62,710 bases of DNA from Nitrospirae bacterium GWC2_57_13. GTDB lineage: Bacteria > Nitrospirota > UBA9217. The notes under the pieces are model-generated. The model was not told where the DNA came from and made no database searches. It was given only the letters and a program-made list of their open reading frames with translations. The position numbers were made by a program, and so were the translations under genes. Below, piece by piece: positions 17,854 to 27,367 of the stretch. Every line of letters begins with the position of its first letter. Within the stretch, counting starts at the first letter, position 1. Where the stretch lies: assembly GCA_001805055.1 (NCBI GenBank), contig MHDZ01000090.1:1-62710 (forward strand), given 5' to 3'.

Positions 17854-18158
17854 AAAACCTCACACTGATAGTGCATGCCGACAGCCGGCAGAGCCTGGCA
17901 GACCTTCTTCGCAGTCAGCCGATGGTCACGGGTTTTACCTTCACTCACGTTGAGGGCCACGGCGCCCAGGACGAATTCGATCCGGCGCTTTCAGCGCGCG
18001 ACCGCGTGGTCGGCTATACGCCGCGCATGCGCGTGGACATACTGCTCAATGACGAGGAGGTGGACGAGGTCCTGCAGGTGTTGAGGGCCGACGGCTGCGG
18101 TCTGGCGGGGTGCGGTATTTTCTGGATCACGCCGCTGGAACAGCATGGGCGGTTATAA
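17850..18158 (+). CDS. Small P-II-like protein (DUF3240-like) typical of the position downstream of cusA/czcA
   Basis: 102 aa, coupled by ATGA to the RND gene. Assignment rests on pattern and position only. Confidence 0.55.
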   Translation: MKNLTLIVHADSRQSLADLLRSQPMVTGFTFTHVEGHGAQDEFDPALSARDRVVGYTPRMRVDILLNDEEVDEVLQVLRADGCGLAGCGIFWITPLEQHGRL

Positions 18159-18276
18159 TCGTGGCATGCCTCCTCGTTCGGCGCATTGCGCTCGGCATGC
18201 TGCTGTCGCTGCACCGAAACGCGAGAGAAAAACGGATTCGTAAATAGACGGCACTTGACTAAAACAGGAGGTTTGC

Positions 18277-18885
18277 ATGTGGAACAAAATTGCCATACGT
18301 GTGGCAGTGTTGGTGTTGGGACCGTCACTGGTCGGATGCGGCGCAACGGCACAGATGATCGTGGAAAAGTCTCAGAGCGAACGGACGGATATCTTTCAGG
18401 AAATATCGAGAGATGAGGCGATTCCGGCAGGTTATGCGGGCCTGGCAATAAAGGCGAGCCTCAAGACGCATGTCGCAGGATATTATGTCGGCGAGTCAGA
18501 AAAAAGTCTGCATGGAAAGCCGGGTTATCCTTTTGTGATCAACATCGATGGCCAGGCTGCAGTCTGGGAGGTAGACGGTCAGAAGGCCGTCAAACCTGCC
18601 TATGATGAGCAAGGCAAAACGAGCAGGGACCCGGAAGCCAGAGCGGGAATTATGTATATTCTGGAAAAGAAACTTCGGCTTCGTCCCGGTGAGCACAAAG
18701 TCTTTTTTGGATTGCCGGAGGACGATTATTACGCAGAAACGGAAATCACTCTTCGCGAGGGGGAGGAAGCCGCATTGGAATTTAAGCCAACATATTGCTA
18801 CAAGACCTGTCCGACCAGAATTCCGACATTTCTTAGGGGTATATGCGACTATGAGAGCTATTTACATGGAGTGAAGCTCAACTAG
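18277..18885 (+). CDS. Lipoprotein of unknown function
   Basis: Lipobox SLVGC after a hydrophobic N-terminus. AGGAGG lies upstream. Confidence 0.6.
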   Translation: MWNKIAIRVAVLVLGPSLVGCGATAQMIVEKSQSERTDIFQEISRDEAIPAGYAGLAIKASLKTHVAGYYVGESEKSLHGKPGYPFVINIDGQAAVWEVDGQKAVKPAYDEQGKTSRDPEARAGIMYILEKKLRLRPGEHKVFFGLPEDDYYAETEITLREGEEAALEFKPTYCYKTCPTRIPTFLRGICDYESYLHGVKLN

Positions 18886-19181
18886 AGCGTGTAGAGTGTC
18901 CGTATCAGCGTTTCATGGATGATAGCGTACTAAAGGCAGTTCCTGAATGTTTCGGAACGGCCTTTAACTATTCCAGAATTATATGCTCAAGTAAAAAACG
19001 ATCGTTCCGTTTTATTGACTCAGCCCGCAATTCATGATACAGTAATAACTATCACGCCGTTATTTCGCATCGAATCAGATCTTCTACGACCTTTTTTCGT
19101 GCAGCAGGAACGCTCAGGTTCCGCTGTTCAGCGCATTAAACAACAAATCTGTTCATTCATCATCACAAGGAGGGCACTATC

Positions 19182-19535
19182 ATGAATCTCTGGGACAAGG
19201 TGAAAAAGGACGTGCAGAAGGGGCTTAAGGAAGGCATGGAGTACGTCAAGACGGGCGCCGGCGTGGTGCAGAAGAAGGCTGGCGAGCTCAGCGACGAAGG
19301 CAGGAGGCGGTTGAAGGCGCTGGAGCTCAAGGCGAGGGTCTACCGGGAGATGGCTGATCTGGGCGGCAAGGTCTATCATTTGAGCGGCTCAAAGGAGAAC
19401 CCCTTGCAGAACGCAGGCGTCAAGGACGTTATCGGCAAGGTGAGCAAGATGGAGGCCCAGATCGCGCGCCTCGAAGGAGCGACTGGAAAGAAGGCTGCCA
19501 AGAAGAAGGCGAAGAAAAAGGCGAAAAAGCCTTAA
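19182..19535 (+). CDS. Small protein with Lys/Ala-rich C-terminal tail (resembles 12335..12724)
   Basis: MNLWDKVKKDVQKGL..., LGGKVYH, KMEAQIARLE, tail GKKAAKKKAKKKAKKP. AGGAGG RBS. Confidence 0.55.
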   Translation: MNLWDKVKKDVQKGLKEGMEYVKTGAGVVQKKAGELSDEGRRRLKALELKARVYREMADLGGKVYHLSGSKENPLQNAGVKDVIGKVSKMEAQIARLEGATGKKAAKKKAKKKAKKP

Positions 19536-19568
19536 GGACAGGGTCCGGCTTATTTCAAGGAGGCAGCC

Positions 19569-19808
19569 ATGCCTACGCTTATTGTTTTGCTGGTGATCAT
19601 TTCGCTGGTGACGATCTTTTCGGTCCAGAACGCGGCGCCGGTGACGATCTCGCTCTTTTTCTGGAGCTTCCAGGGGTCATTGGCGGTCGTCATTTTTCTT
19701 TCGACCGTGGTGGGGATCATTATCGGCGTCATCATCATGTCCATGATGCACATGAGGTCCGTGAGGAAGAAGAAAGAGAAGGAGAGCCAGGCGATCCAGG
19801 ATCTGTAG
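19569..19808 (+). CDS. LapA-domain (DUF1049-like) small inner-membrane protein
   Basis: 79 aa with two TM helices, the FSVQNAAPVTISLFFW motif and a basic C-terminus. Confidence 0.7.
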   Translation: MPTLIVLLVIISLVTIFSVQNAAPVTISLFFWSFQGSLAVVIFLSTVVGIIIGVIIMSMMHMRSVRKKKEKESQAIQDL

Positions 19809-20112
19809 CAGCGATATCCGAATCTTAGTAAGGAATCAAATTCTTCTCTACATGGCGAGAATATTTGCCGCAAAAAAGCGCAAGAGACGCAAATAGTTCA
19901 CGGGCTTCCTTGTGTATTTTGAGCCTCTTTCTCCGTCCCGCAGCTAAAGCAATCTGACACGCCCGCCCCGGATCAAACAAACATAGGAAGCGGGTCCCGC
20001 ACCTTTGCCAAAAGCAGTGGACGCGGGACTCTCGAAACGGAGCCGGGGGAGCGGGGGCGGCTAATCGATTTTGATTTTCTTTTTGCCTTTGAGTCTTTGT
20101 GGCAAGTTTTGG

Positions 20113-20158
20113 TTCCGGCCTCGTCCCGCTTGCGGGGCTTGTTCAGGTTAAGGAGAGA
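20113..20158 (+). repeat. Conserved leader hairpin element, copy L1 (upstream of mscS)
   Basis: TTCCGGCCTCGTCCCGCTTGCGGGGCTTGTTCAGGTTAAGGAG. It matches 35501-35547 at 37 of 43 aligned positions by hand. GTCCCG-CUUG-CGGGGC stem-loop sits just 5' of the RBS. Confidence 0.75.
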
Positions 20159-21202
20159 ATGGTGAACATGTTCAACGGAGTGGCCATACCGGTGGTAGCC
20201 GGGCTGGTGTCGGCGGCTGCGTTGATGGTGGTACGGAGCATCGCGATCCGGCTGCTGCGCCGGTGGGCGAAGCGCACGGAGACGCGGCTCGACGACATCA
20301 TCATCAGTTCCTTCAAGACACCGTCGTTCTTCTGGTGCCTTGCCATCGGCATCTACGTTGGCGTTGCCGTGTCGGACCTTCCGCAGAAGTACGTCCACTA
20401 TTTCAGCACGGCCATCCACGTCATTGTCATCCTGTCCATTGCCATCGCCGCGGCGAACCTTTCGGGCAGGATATTTACCCACTACCTCCAGAAAGCGAAC
20501 CTGCCGTTCAAGAGCACGGGCCTTGCCTACGGGATCATGACGGCTGCCATCTACATCATCGGCTTCCTGATCATCCTGACCTTGCTGGGCATTTCTATCA
20601 CCCCCCTCATCACCGCCCTGGGCGTCGGCGGCCTTGCCGTTGCCCTGGCCCTCCAGGACACGCTGGCGAACCTCTTCGCCGGCATTCACATTCTGGTCGA
20701 AAAGTCCGTCCGCGTGGGAGATTTCATCAAGCTCGAGACCGGCCAGGAGGGATACGTTCAGGACATCACCTGGAGGACCACGCGGGTGAGGATGCTGCCG
20801 AACAACATGGTCATCATTCCGAACAACAAACTGTCTCAAAGCATCGTGACCAACTACTATCTTCCGGAGCAGAGAATGTCCCTGCTCATCCCCATCAGCG
20901 TGAGCTATGCCTCGGACCCCGAGCACGTGGAGCGGGTCCTGCTCGAGGAAGCGCAAAGGGGGGCGGGGGATATTCCCGGGCTTCTGGGCGATCCGGCGCC
21001 CTTCGTGCGGTTCATCCCCGGATACGGCGAAAGTTCACTGGACTTCACGCTCATCTGCCAGGTGAAGGAATTCGTGGACCAGTATCTCGCCCAGCATGAG
21101 CTTCGGAAGCGGATCTTCAAGCGGTTCAAGCAGGAAGGAATCGAGATACCCTTCCCGCACCGCACTGTCTATCTCCGGGAAGAGAAGGACTGGAAGAAAT
21201 GA
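20159..21202 (+). CDS. mscS: Mechanosensitive ion channel, MscS family
   Basis: TM helices followed by the conserved LANLFAGIHILVEKSVRVGDFI...G.V.DI.WRTT core. Start chosen at the ATG after AAGGAG. Confidence 0.9.
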   Translation: MVNMFNGVAIPVVAGLVSAAALMVVRSIAIRLLRRWAKRTETRLDDIIISSFKTPSFFWCLAIGIYVGVAVSDLPQKYVHYFSTAIHVIVILSIAIAAANLSGRIFTHYLQKANLPFKSTGLAYGIMTAAIYIIGFLIILTLLGISITPLITALGVGGLAVALALQDTLANLFAGIHILVEKSVRVGDFIKLETGQEGYVQDITWRTTRVRMLPNNMVIIPNNKLSQSIVTNYYLPEQRMSLLIPISVSYASDPEHVERVLLEEAQRGAGDIPGLLGDPAPFVRFIPGYGESSLDFTLICQVKEFVDQYLAQHELRKRIFKRFKQEGIEIPFPHRTVYLREEKDWKK

Positions 21203-21480
21203 CCGCCTTCGAGTTCCGGCAAAGCTCAGTCCTGATTAAATCCACGGGCCGGAAGGCCGGGGGCCTGCGCGAGCTGCGCGAGGGCATCGCCTCGGTCAGC
21301 GACGAAAGCATCTTCTATCACACCTATGCATCCTGATCCTGGCGGGCAGTCCGGCCGCGGACGATCCTGAGGGCGAGGCGGTCCTGAACGAAGTGAAGGA
21401 ATGCGCGGCTGATGATCCGGACATCCGCTTTGACAATCACGATCTGCTATGCTTTTCTATATTCTTAGTCCCTCATCAAT
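21199..21480 (+). pseudogene. Gene remnants: truncated DUF5752-like N-terminus followed by a glycosyltransferase-like internal fragment
   Basis: 45-aa ORF MTAFEFRQSSVLIKSTGRKAGGLRELREGIASVSDESIFYHTYAS stops abruptly. The next frame reads ILILAGSPAADDPEGEAVLNEVKECAADDPDIRF, like the middle of a GT4/trehalose-synthase-type enzyme. Both are recognised by pattern only. Confidence 0.3.
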
Positions 21481-21501
21481 CCTTTTGTCTGGAAGGCTGC
21501 C

Positions 21502-23736
21502 ATGGAGCATCAGGAATATCTGGTCAATGAACTTGCGAAACTCTGCGGCATCGTTCCCGACTACTGGGACATCTTCGGCAAGAAGCACACGGCCACGCAG
21601 GAGATGAAGCGCGCCACGCTGCGGGCCATGCGGATCGACGTGGACTCGACAGAGGCCCTGGAGCGGGAGATCCGGATGCGCGGCACCAGGCCCTGGACAA
21701 CGGTGCTCGAGCCTGTGATGGTGTTCTCTGCTGAAAAGCAGCCTGTCGAGGTCCCTCTGCACCTCCCCGTGCCGGAAGGGGCCGAGGACGGACTTTCCAT
21801 CACCTGGTCGCTCAAGGACGAGCAGTGCCGCGTGAGCAAGCATTCCCTCACCGAAAAGGCAATTACCACAGCAGGCACGAACTGGATCGACGGTACGCGA
21901 TACATCAGGATCATGTTGAAAGATGAGGCTGACCGCGAGCCGGGTTATTACGACCTATACGTGGAATGCAACCATCGGGACGGGATCTTTGCCGGCGGCT
22001 CGAAGAGCCTGAGCATCACATCGCGTGTTGCTATCGCGCCTGACGCGTGCTATCTTCCCGAAAAATTGAAGAGCGGCAAGGCCTGGGGGCTGGCCGTGAA
22101 TCTCTACGCTGTCCGGTCAGAACGGAATTGGGGCATCGGCGACTTTACGGACCTGGCCCGGATCGTCGAATGGGTCCACGGCCTCGGCGGGGGGTTCGTT
22201 GGCATCAATCCGCTCCATGCCATCCCCAATACCTATCCCTACGGCATCAGTCCCTATTCTCCCATCAGCCGGATGTACAAGAACTTCATCTATCTTGATA
22301 TGGAAGCAGTGCCCGATGTGGCGGAGTCGGAAGCGGCCGGGGATATCCTGCGTTCAGAGGCATTTCAGAAGGACCTTGGCGAGGTGCGGAGTGCCGATCT
22401 CATAGACTACCCCCGCATAGCGAAGATGAAGGAACGGATCCTGGCCCCGGCCTTTGTGAGTTTTCTCAAAAAGCATCACGGCAAAGGAACGTCACGGGAC
22501 GAGGCTTTCCGGAAGTATTGTGAAGAGGAGGGCAGGGCGCTCGACGCCTTCGCACTCTATTCAGCGCTTTGGAAGCACCTCCACGAGACCCGCGGCACCC
22601 ACGGGTGGCCGCAGTGGCCCCAGGAATATAAGGACCATGAAGGGGAAGCCGTTCGGGCATTCGGGAAGGATCACAACAGGGAAAGGCTGTACCACGCCTA
22701 CGTGCAGTGGCTCATCCACGAGCAGCTCGGAGGGGCATCGGCCCTGTCGGTGAAGCTCGGCATGCCACTGGGCCTGTACCACGACCTCGCCATCGGCGCC
22801 ATCGGCGGCGGCAGCGACGCTTGGATCTACCAGAGCGTGATGGGGCTTGCCGATGTAGGAGCGCCTCCCGACGACTTCAGCCCTGCAGGCCAGAACTGGG
22901 GATTCCCGCCCATGACGCCGGAACAGCTCAAGGAGACAGGCTATGAGCCGGTGATCAGGACCATGCGAGAGAGCATGAAGTACGGCGGCGCGCTCAGGAT
23001 CGACCACGCACTGGGTCTCTTCCGGCTCTACTGGATACCGCGGGGGAAAGAACCGAGGGAAGGCGTCTATGTGGAGTACCCGCACGAGGACCTGCTCAGG
23101 ATCATTGCGCTTGAGAGCGTGCGCAACAAGGTGGTGGTGATCGGCGAGGACCTCGGTACGATCGGGGACAACGTGCGGGAGGCACTGAAGCAGTTCAACA
23201 TGCTCTCGTATCGGCTCTTTTACTTCGAGCGGAATTATCCTGATCCGTCTTTCCGTATGCCCGAGAAGTACCCGGAGCCCGCGCTCTGCGCCGTGACGAC
23301 CCACGACCTGCCGACCCTTACGGGATACTGGCAGGGAAGGGACATCGCGGTCCGGAAGGAGCAGGGGATGTATCCCGACGATGAGTCCTGGAAAGGGCAG
23401 CTGCAGGAGCGGGAGCGGGACAAGAAGCTCCTCCTCGAACTGCTGCGTTCTCAGGGGCTGCTCCCTGCCGGATCTCCGGAAGGACCGGGCGAGATGCCGG
23501 GAATGACTTCGGATCTCATGATCGCGATCTACCGGTTCCTTGACAGCACGCCCAGCCGCCTCATGCTTGTGAGCCTCGACGACGTGATCGGCACCCTGGA
23601 TCAGCAGAATCTTCCCGGCACCGTTGACTCCCATCCCAACTGGCAACAGAGGACGCCGCTCACGCTGGAAGCGATGGTCAGGGACCGCCGTTTCCTCGAC
23701 CTTGCCGCGAGACTCACGCGCTCTACCCGGCTGTAG
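21502..23736 (+). CDS. malQ: 4-alpha-glucanotransferase (GH77) with ~230-aa N-terminal extension
   Basis: YGISPYSPISRMYKNFIYLD, RIDHALGLFRLYWIP, VIGEDLGTI and TTHDLPT catalytic motifs. Confidence 0.9.
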   Translation: MEHQEYLVNELAKLCGIVPDYWDIFGKKHTATQEMKRATLRAMRIDVDSTEALEREIRMRGTRPWTTVLEPVMVFSAEKQPVEVPLHLPVPEGAEDGLSITWSLKDEQCRVSKHSLTEKAITTAGTNWIDGTRYIRIMLKDEADREPGYYDLYVECNHRDGIFAGGSKSLSITSRVAIAPDACYLPEKLKSGKAWGLAVNLYAVRSERNWGIGDFTDLARIVEWVHGLGGGFVGINPLHAIPNTYPYGISPYSPISRMYKNFIYLDMEAVPDVAESEAAGDILRSEAFQKDLGEVRSADLIDYPRIAKMKERILAPAFVSFLKKHHGKGTSRDEAFRKYCEEEGRALDAFALYSALWKHLHETRGTHGWPQWPQEYKDHEGEAVRAFGKDHNRERLYHAYVQWLIHEQLGGASALSVKLGMPLGLYHDLAIGAIGGGSDAWIYQSVMGLADVGAPPDDFSPAGQNWGFPPMTPEQLKETGYEPVIRTMRESMKYGGALRIDHALGLFRLYWIPRGKEPREGVYVEYPHEDLLRIIALESVRNKVVVIGEDLGTIGDNVREALKQFNMLSYRLFYFERNYPDPSFRMPEKYPEPALCAVTTHDLPTLTGYWQGRDIAVRKEQGMYPDDESWKGQLQERERDKKLLLELLRSQGLLPAGSPEGPGEMPGMTSDLMIAIYRFLDSTPSRLMLVSLDDVIGTLDQQNLPGTVDSHPNWQQRTPLTLEAMVRDRRFLDLAARLTRSTRL

Positions 23737-25123
23737 CCTTTTCTTCTTTTTCCTTCTTCCGGAAGGGGATGAGTCCGTAGACCAGCCCCATTGTAGGCAT
23801 GTTCGAAATGATCTTGAAGAAAAGGCGGGGATAGCCGATGGGCTCCACGGTCCGGACCTCGTGCAGCAGGGGAATAAAGATGACCGTGGCCGCTCCGCGG
23901 AGTATGCCGCTGACCAGGAAGGCCATGAAATAGGGCGACAGGAACAGGACGTGGGCGCGGACGATAGCGCTGCCCAGCAGCGCACCGATGAGCAGGGCCA
24001 TGCCGTTGATCACGTTGTAATAGGCCACGCAGGTGGCCCGCTTCCGGACCGACGTGGAGTCGAAGATGAAATTAAAAGCCGCGATCTCGAAGCCTCCCCA
24101 GATGAACCCCGAGTAGACCTGTATGGCGATGAGGTAGGCGAGATCATGGGAAAAGAGCCACAGGACCGGGACAACGGGCATCAGGAACCCTGCGAGGCTC
24201 AGCACGCGGCGCGTGCCGAAACGGTCCACGGCCATGCCCCAGACGGGCATGGAGAGGAACTTCACGATGATGGCCGCGGCATGGATGACCGCGAAGGTGA
24301 GATAGCTGAACTGCAGGTCCTTCAACAGGTAAGGCGTGAAGAAGGGTGCGGCCACGAAGACCGAGAGGTTCATGAGCCCCAGGTACAGCACGAAGCGTCC
24401 GTAGTTCCGGTGTGCGGCCTCTCGCAGGAACTGTATAAAGGTGAATTCCTCGTCCGCGGGAACGGCATAGGAAGGCTCGTATTTCCGCGATAGATAGAAG
24501 GCCGATGCCATGCGGGAGGCGAAGGCGAGGCCGAAAATCACGGCGAATCCCAGGTATTGCACACGGTCCTCGCGGCCGAATGCCTGGAGGATATACCCTG
24601 CCGCGAGGAAGGACAGGAAGGTGCTCATGCCCGTGATCTTGCTCCTCCTGCCGAAGTACTGGCCGCGGCGGTGCTCGTTCACCAGGTCCCCCATCCAGCT
24701 GTTCCATGCCGGGCTCAGGACCGTGCCGAAGGCCCAGTAGAGGCAGGTGAAGAGTATAAGATGCCAGACCCGGAAGGCGCCGAAAAAGAAGACGAAGGCC
24801 ACGGGAATGTACATGGCACCCTGCAGGAGGGCCGCCGTTACCACAAGCCGCTTCCGCGAGCCGAGCAGCCGGATAAGGGCGGTGGAAAAGAACTGGATGA
24901 GGGAGCCCAGTGCCTGGGGCAGGGCGCTCAGCACCGCAACCTGGAAGGCGTTCGCTTTCAGCAGGAGCGCGTAGGGCACGAAGAAGGACTCGCCGAAGCC
25001 GATCATGGAAGCGGAAAAGGCGCCGTCGATCACCGAATAGCGCAGGCTCTTCCGGGTCCGTTCGTCAGTTCTACGGTCAGGATGGTCCTGCAAGGGTGTT
25101 GACGGCGGCAGATCAGGCTGCAT
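23723..25123 (-). CDS. MFS transporter
   Basis: 466 aa and about 12 TM helices with the G.L.D..GRR-like loop (MGDLVNEHRRGQYFGRRSK). Its 3' end overlaps the malQ 3' end by 14 nt. Confidence 0.85.
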   Translation of the reverse strand: MQPDLPPSTPLQDHPDRRTDERTRKSLRYSVIDGAFSASMIGFGESFFVPYALLLKANAFQVAVLSALPQALGSLIQFFSTALIRLLGSRKRLVVTAALLQGAMYIPVAFVFFFGAFRVWHLILFTCLYWAFGTVLSPAWNSWMGDLVNEHRRGQYFGRRSKITGMSTFLSFLAAGYILQAFGREDRVQYLGFAVIFGLAFASRMASAFYLSRKYEPSYAVPADEEFTFIQFLREAAHRNYGRFVLYLGLMNLSVFVAAPFFTPYLLKDLQFSYLTFAVIHAAAIIVKFLSMPVWGMAVDRFGTRRVLSLAGFLMPVVPVLWLFSHDLAYLIAIQVYSGFIWGGFEIAAFNFIFDSTSVRKRATCVAYYNVINGMALLIGALLGSAIVRAHVLFLSPYFMAFLVSGILRGAATVIFIPLLHEVRTVEPIGYPRLFFKIISNMPTMGLVYGLIPFRKKEKEEKATAG

Positions 25124-25311
25124 TGCGCGAGGTCCTCCGGTCTTTTCTTATGATAATAGCAAAAAGAACGAGGCGATGCCTGACTGGAGAGGAAGGTAAA
25201 CCGTATTTTCGCCTTGCCGGGCAGCTCAGATTATCTTATATATTGATCTTATCAAGGATCACGGTGAGCGAAGCGGTATACTCATTGAGGACGCGTGAGG
25301 AAAGGGGCAGC

Positions 25312-26127
25312 ATGGCAAAGAAAGCGCATATCGCGGCATTGGCAATCATGCTCACATACCTGTGGTGTGCCGTTCCGGGCGAAGCGCCGGCCGCTGAACC
25401 GGCGCAGGAACCGCCGGCGACCAGGCAGCGCGATGACGGAATGATGCTTATCGGAGGGGCCGTGATCGGACAGATCAGTGCTTTTGAACCGGTCTACTTC
25501 GCTTATGGCTGGAGAGGCCAGGAGAACGCGAAGTTCCAGGTGAGCTTCAAGTACCAGTTCAGCCGGGGATTCTTCCTGGGTTATACCCAGACATCGGTAT
25601 GGGACCTCGGGACCGAGTCGGAGCCCTTCCATGACAGCAGCTACCGGCCCAGCATTTTCTACGTCATGCGGCGGGACCGGCAGACCGCCTGGCAGGCGGG
25701 ATATGAGCATGAGTCCAACGGAAAAGCGGGGACCGAATCGCGCAGCATCGACATACTGTTCCTCAGGCCCATGATGGACCTGGGATCGTCGGGCCGGTAT
25801 CGCCTCATCCTTGCCCCAAAGGTCTGGGCCTACGCTGACAAGAGTGAGAACCCCGACATTCAGAGGTACCGGGGCTACGCGGACCTTTTCGTGCTCTATG
25901 AAATGCAGGAAGGGTTCGGCATTTTCGACGGTCTCCAGCTCTCGGCCAGCGCCCGCAGGGGAATGGACAAGCACTATGGCAGCGTCCAGGTCGATCTTTC
26001 CTATCCCCTGGGCAAGGTAGTCTACGCATATGTCCAGTACTTCAGCGGATGGGGCGAGACGATACTGGACTACAACCGGAGGCTGCCGTTCCAGGTGCGG
26101 GTCAGCGTGATGCTTGCGCGGTGGTAG
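25312..26127 (+). CDS. pldA: Outer-membrane phospholipase A
   Basis: Signal peptide, then the YEHESNGKAG catalytic His-Ser motif and beta-barrel-like alternation. The upstream part of listed ORF 24910..26127 is antisense to the MFS gene. Confidence 0.8.
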   Translation: MAKKAHIAALAIMLTYLWCAVPGEAPAAEPAQEPPATRQRDDGMMLIGGAVIGQISAFEPVYFAYGWRGQENAKFQVSFKYQFSRGFFLGYTQTSVWDLGTESEPFHDSSYRPSIFYVMRRDRQTAWQAGYEHESNGKAGTESRSIDILFLRPMMDLGSSGRYRLILAPKVWAYADKSENPDIQRYRGYADLFVLYEMQEGFGIFDGLQLSASARRGMDKHYGSVQVDLSYPLGKVVYAYVQYFSGWGETILDYNRRLPFQVRVSVMLARW

Positions 26128-26174
26128 GCTAGTCGGCTGGGTGGTGCACCCTGGTGGCAGGTCGCTAAAAAAGA

Positions 26175-26210
26175 GGACGGACATTCAGTCCGCCCCGTGT
26201 ATTTTTTCTT
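26175..26210 (+). terminator. Stem-loop plus T tract between convergent pldA and NmrA-like genes
   Basis: GGACGGAC-ATTCA-GTCCGCCC (7 of 8 pairs) followed by GTGTATTTTTTC. Confidence 0.45.
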
Positions 26211-26230
26211 TATCCGACTTCATTCCTTTG

Positions 26231-27136
26231 TCAAGCAGCCTTCTGCTTGCGGTAGAGCATGTCAAAGACCTCGGCGAACTCCTCAAGGGACGTCGGCGTT
26301 GTGCTCTCCGGAGTTCTGACCAGTCCCGTCTTCACGCGCCCTTCGTTGAAGGCCCTGGTCATCTCAATATAGAGCCTGCTCATATCAGGTGACAGGCCGG
26401 CTGTTGTGAGCCCCTTCTCCGCTCCGTCATAAGGGAACTGAGCATAGGCAAGGTCTGGCTTCCCGATCCTGCTGCCGAGAATAGTGATCGCTTCGTTGTG
26501 GGTCAGCTCTCGCTGGCCAAGAAGGTAACGCACGGACGAACCCTTGAAGTCGCGCTTTACCAGCAGACTTGCCGCCACCTGCGCAATGTCCTTCGTGGCG
26601 ATCATGGGAAAGGCAATATCGCCTTTTGCAGCGCTTCCCGCGATGCCCTTTGTCCTGATGAGGTCAATGTTCATCAGCAGGTTCTCCATGAAGAATGCTG
26701 CCCGCAGATGGACAATGTTCAGACCCGCGATCTTGTTCAGCCGCTCCTCCTGGCGATGGAGACCCACGATGGGCCCCGTGCCCTCAGGGAGATCAGCCCC
26801 GATGCTGGACAGGTTGACCACGTATTTTACCTTCCCGTCCTTGACCGCCTTCGCGATGCTCTTCGACATGGTGTCTGCGTAGGCCAGAAAGTCCTTTGCG
26901 GTCAGGTTCGGCGGGACCAGGGTGAAGGCCGCGTCCGCGCCCTTGAAGGCCTTGGTCAGGAATGCCGGATCGGCCGCATCGCCGGCAAATGCCTCGGCCC
27001 CCCGCTTGACCAGGGGCCGCAATCGGTCTACAGATCGTGCGATGACCCGGATCTTTTCTCCCTTTGTTAGCAGAATATCTGCTATGGTGCTTCCAATGTG
27101 TCCTGTCGCTCCTAATATAGCATACATATGTACCAC
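26231..27136 (-). CDS. NmrA-family NAD(P)-binding protein (atypical SDR)
   Basis: N-terminal Rossmann motif ILGATGHIGS, about 300 aa. The start may be the ATG at 27127. Confidence 0.85.
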   Translation of the reverse strand: MVHMYAILGATGHIGSTIADILLTKGEKIRVIARSVDRLRPLVKRGAEAFAGDAADPAFLTKAFKGADAAFTLVPPNLTAKDFLAYADTMSKSIAKAVKDGKVKYVVNLSSIGADLPEGTGPIVGLHRQEERLNKIAGLNIVHLRAAFFMENLLMNIDLIRTKGIAGSAAKGDIAFPMIATKDIAQVAASLLVKRDFKGSSVRYLLGQRELTHNEAITILGSRIGKPDLAYAQFPYDGAEKGLTTAGLSPDMSRLYIEMTRAFNEGRVKTGLVRTPESTTPTSLEEFAEVFDMLYRKQKAA

Positions 27137-27247
27137 CCCCTCTGCAAAGCCCTTTAATAAGGACTTAATTCATCCTATATATTCAGTTTATCATCCAAGG
27201 CAGGGGGTGTCAAGGGGAGAGGGCGGGTGAGATGCGTGTAGAAGAGA

Positions 27248-27356
27248 CCAGTTCGGAGTGCGAAATCTGAGACGCGAAGACGGGGTGACAGAACGAGTGA
27301 GGGCGGAATGCAGAGTAGGGACGAGAAGTTGGGAAGTTGGGAAGTTGGGAGGATGG
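27248..27356. repeat. Short-period tandem-repeat element (copy H5)
   Basis: Contains the AGTTCGGAGTG word shared with H1/H4, GCAGAGTAGGGA, and (GAAGTTGG)x3 followed by GAGGATGG. Confidence 0.7.
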
Positions 27357-27367
27357 GCGAAGGATGG

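Noticed and set aside
19973-20956. 327-aa minus-strand ORF and 278-aa plus-strand ORF (20263..21099)
   Set aside because: Both overlap the MscS-family gene in other frames. Only the MscS frame has recognisable motifs and TM helices.
22561-23985. 474-aa minus-strand ORF
   Set aside because: It is antisense to malQ, which carries all GH77 catalytic motifs. No motifs of its own are present.
24910-25311. N-terminal extension of listed ORF 24910..26127
   Set aside because: It is antisense to the MFS transporter. The PldA-like protein starts with a signal peptide at ATG 25312.
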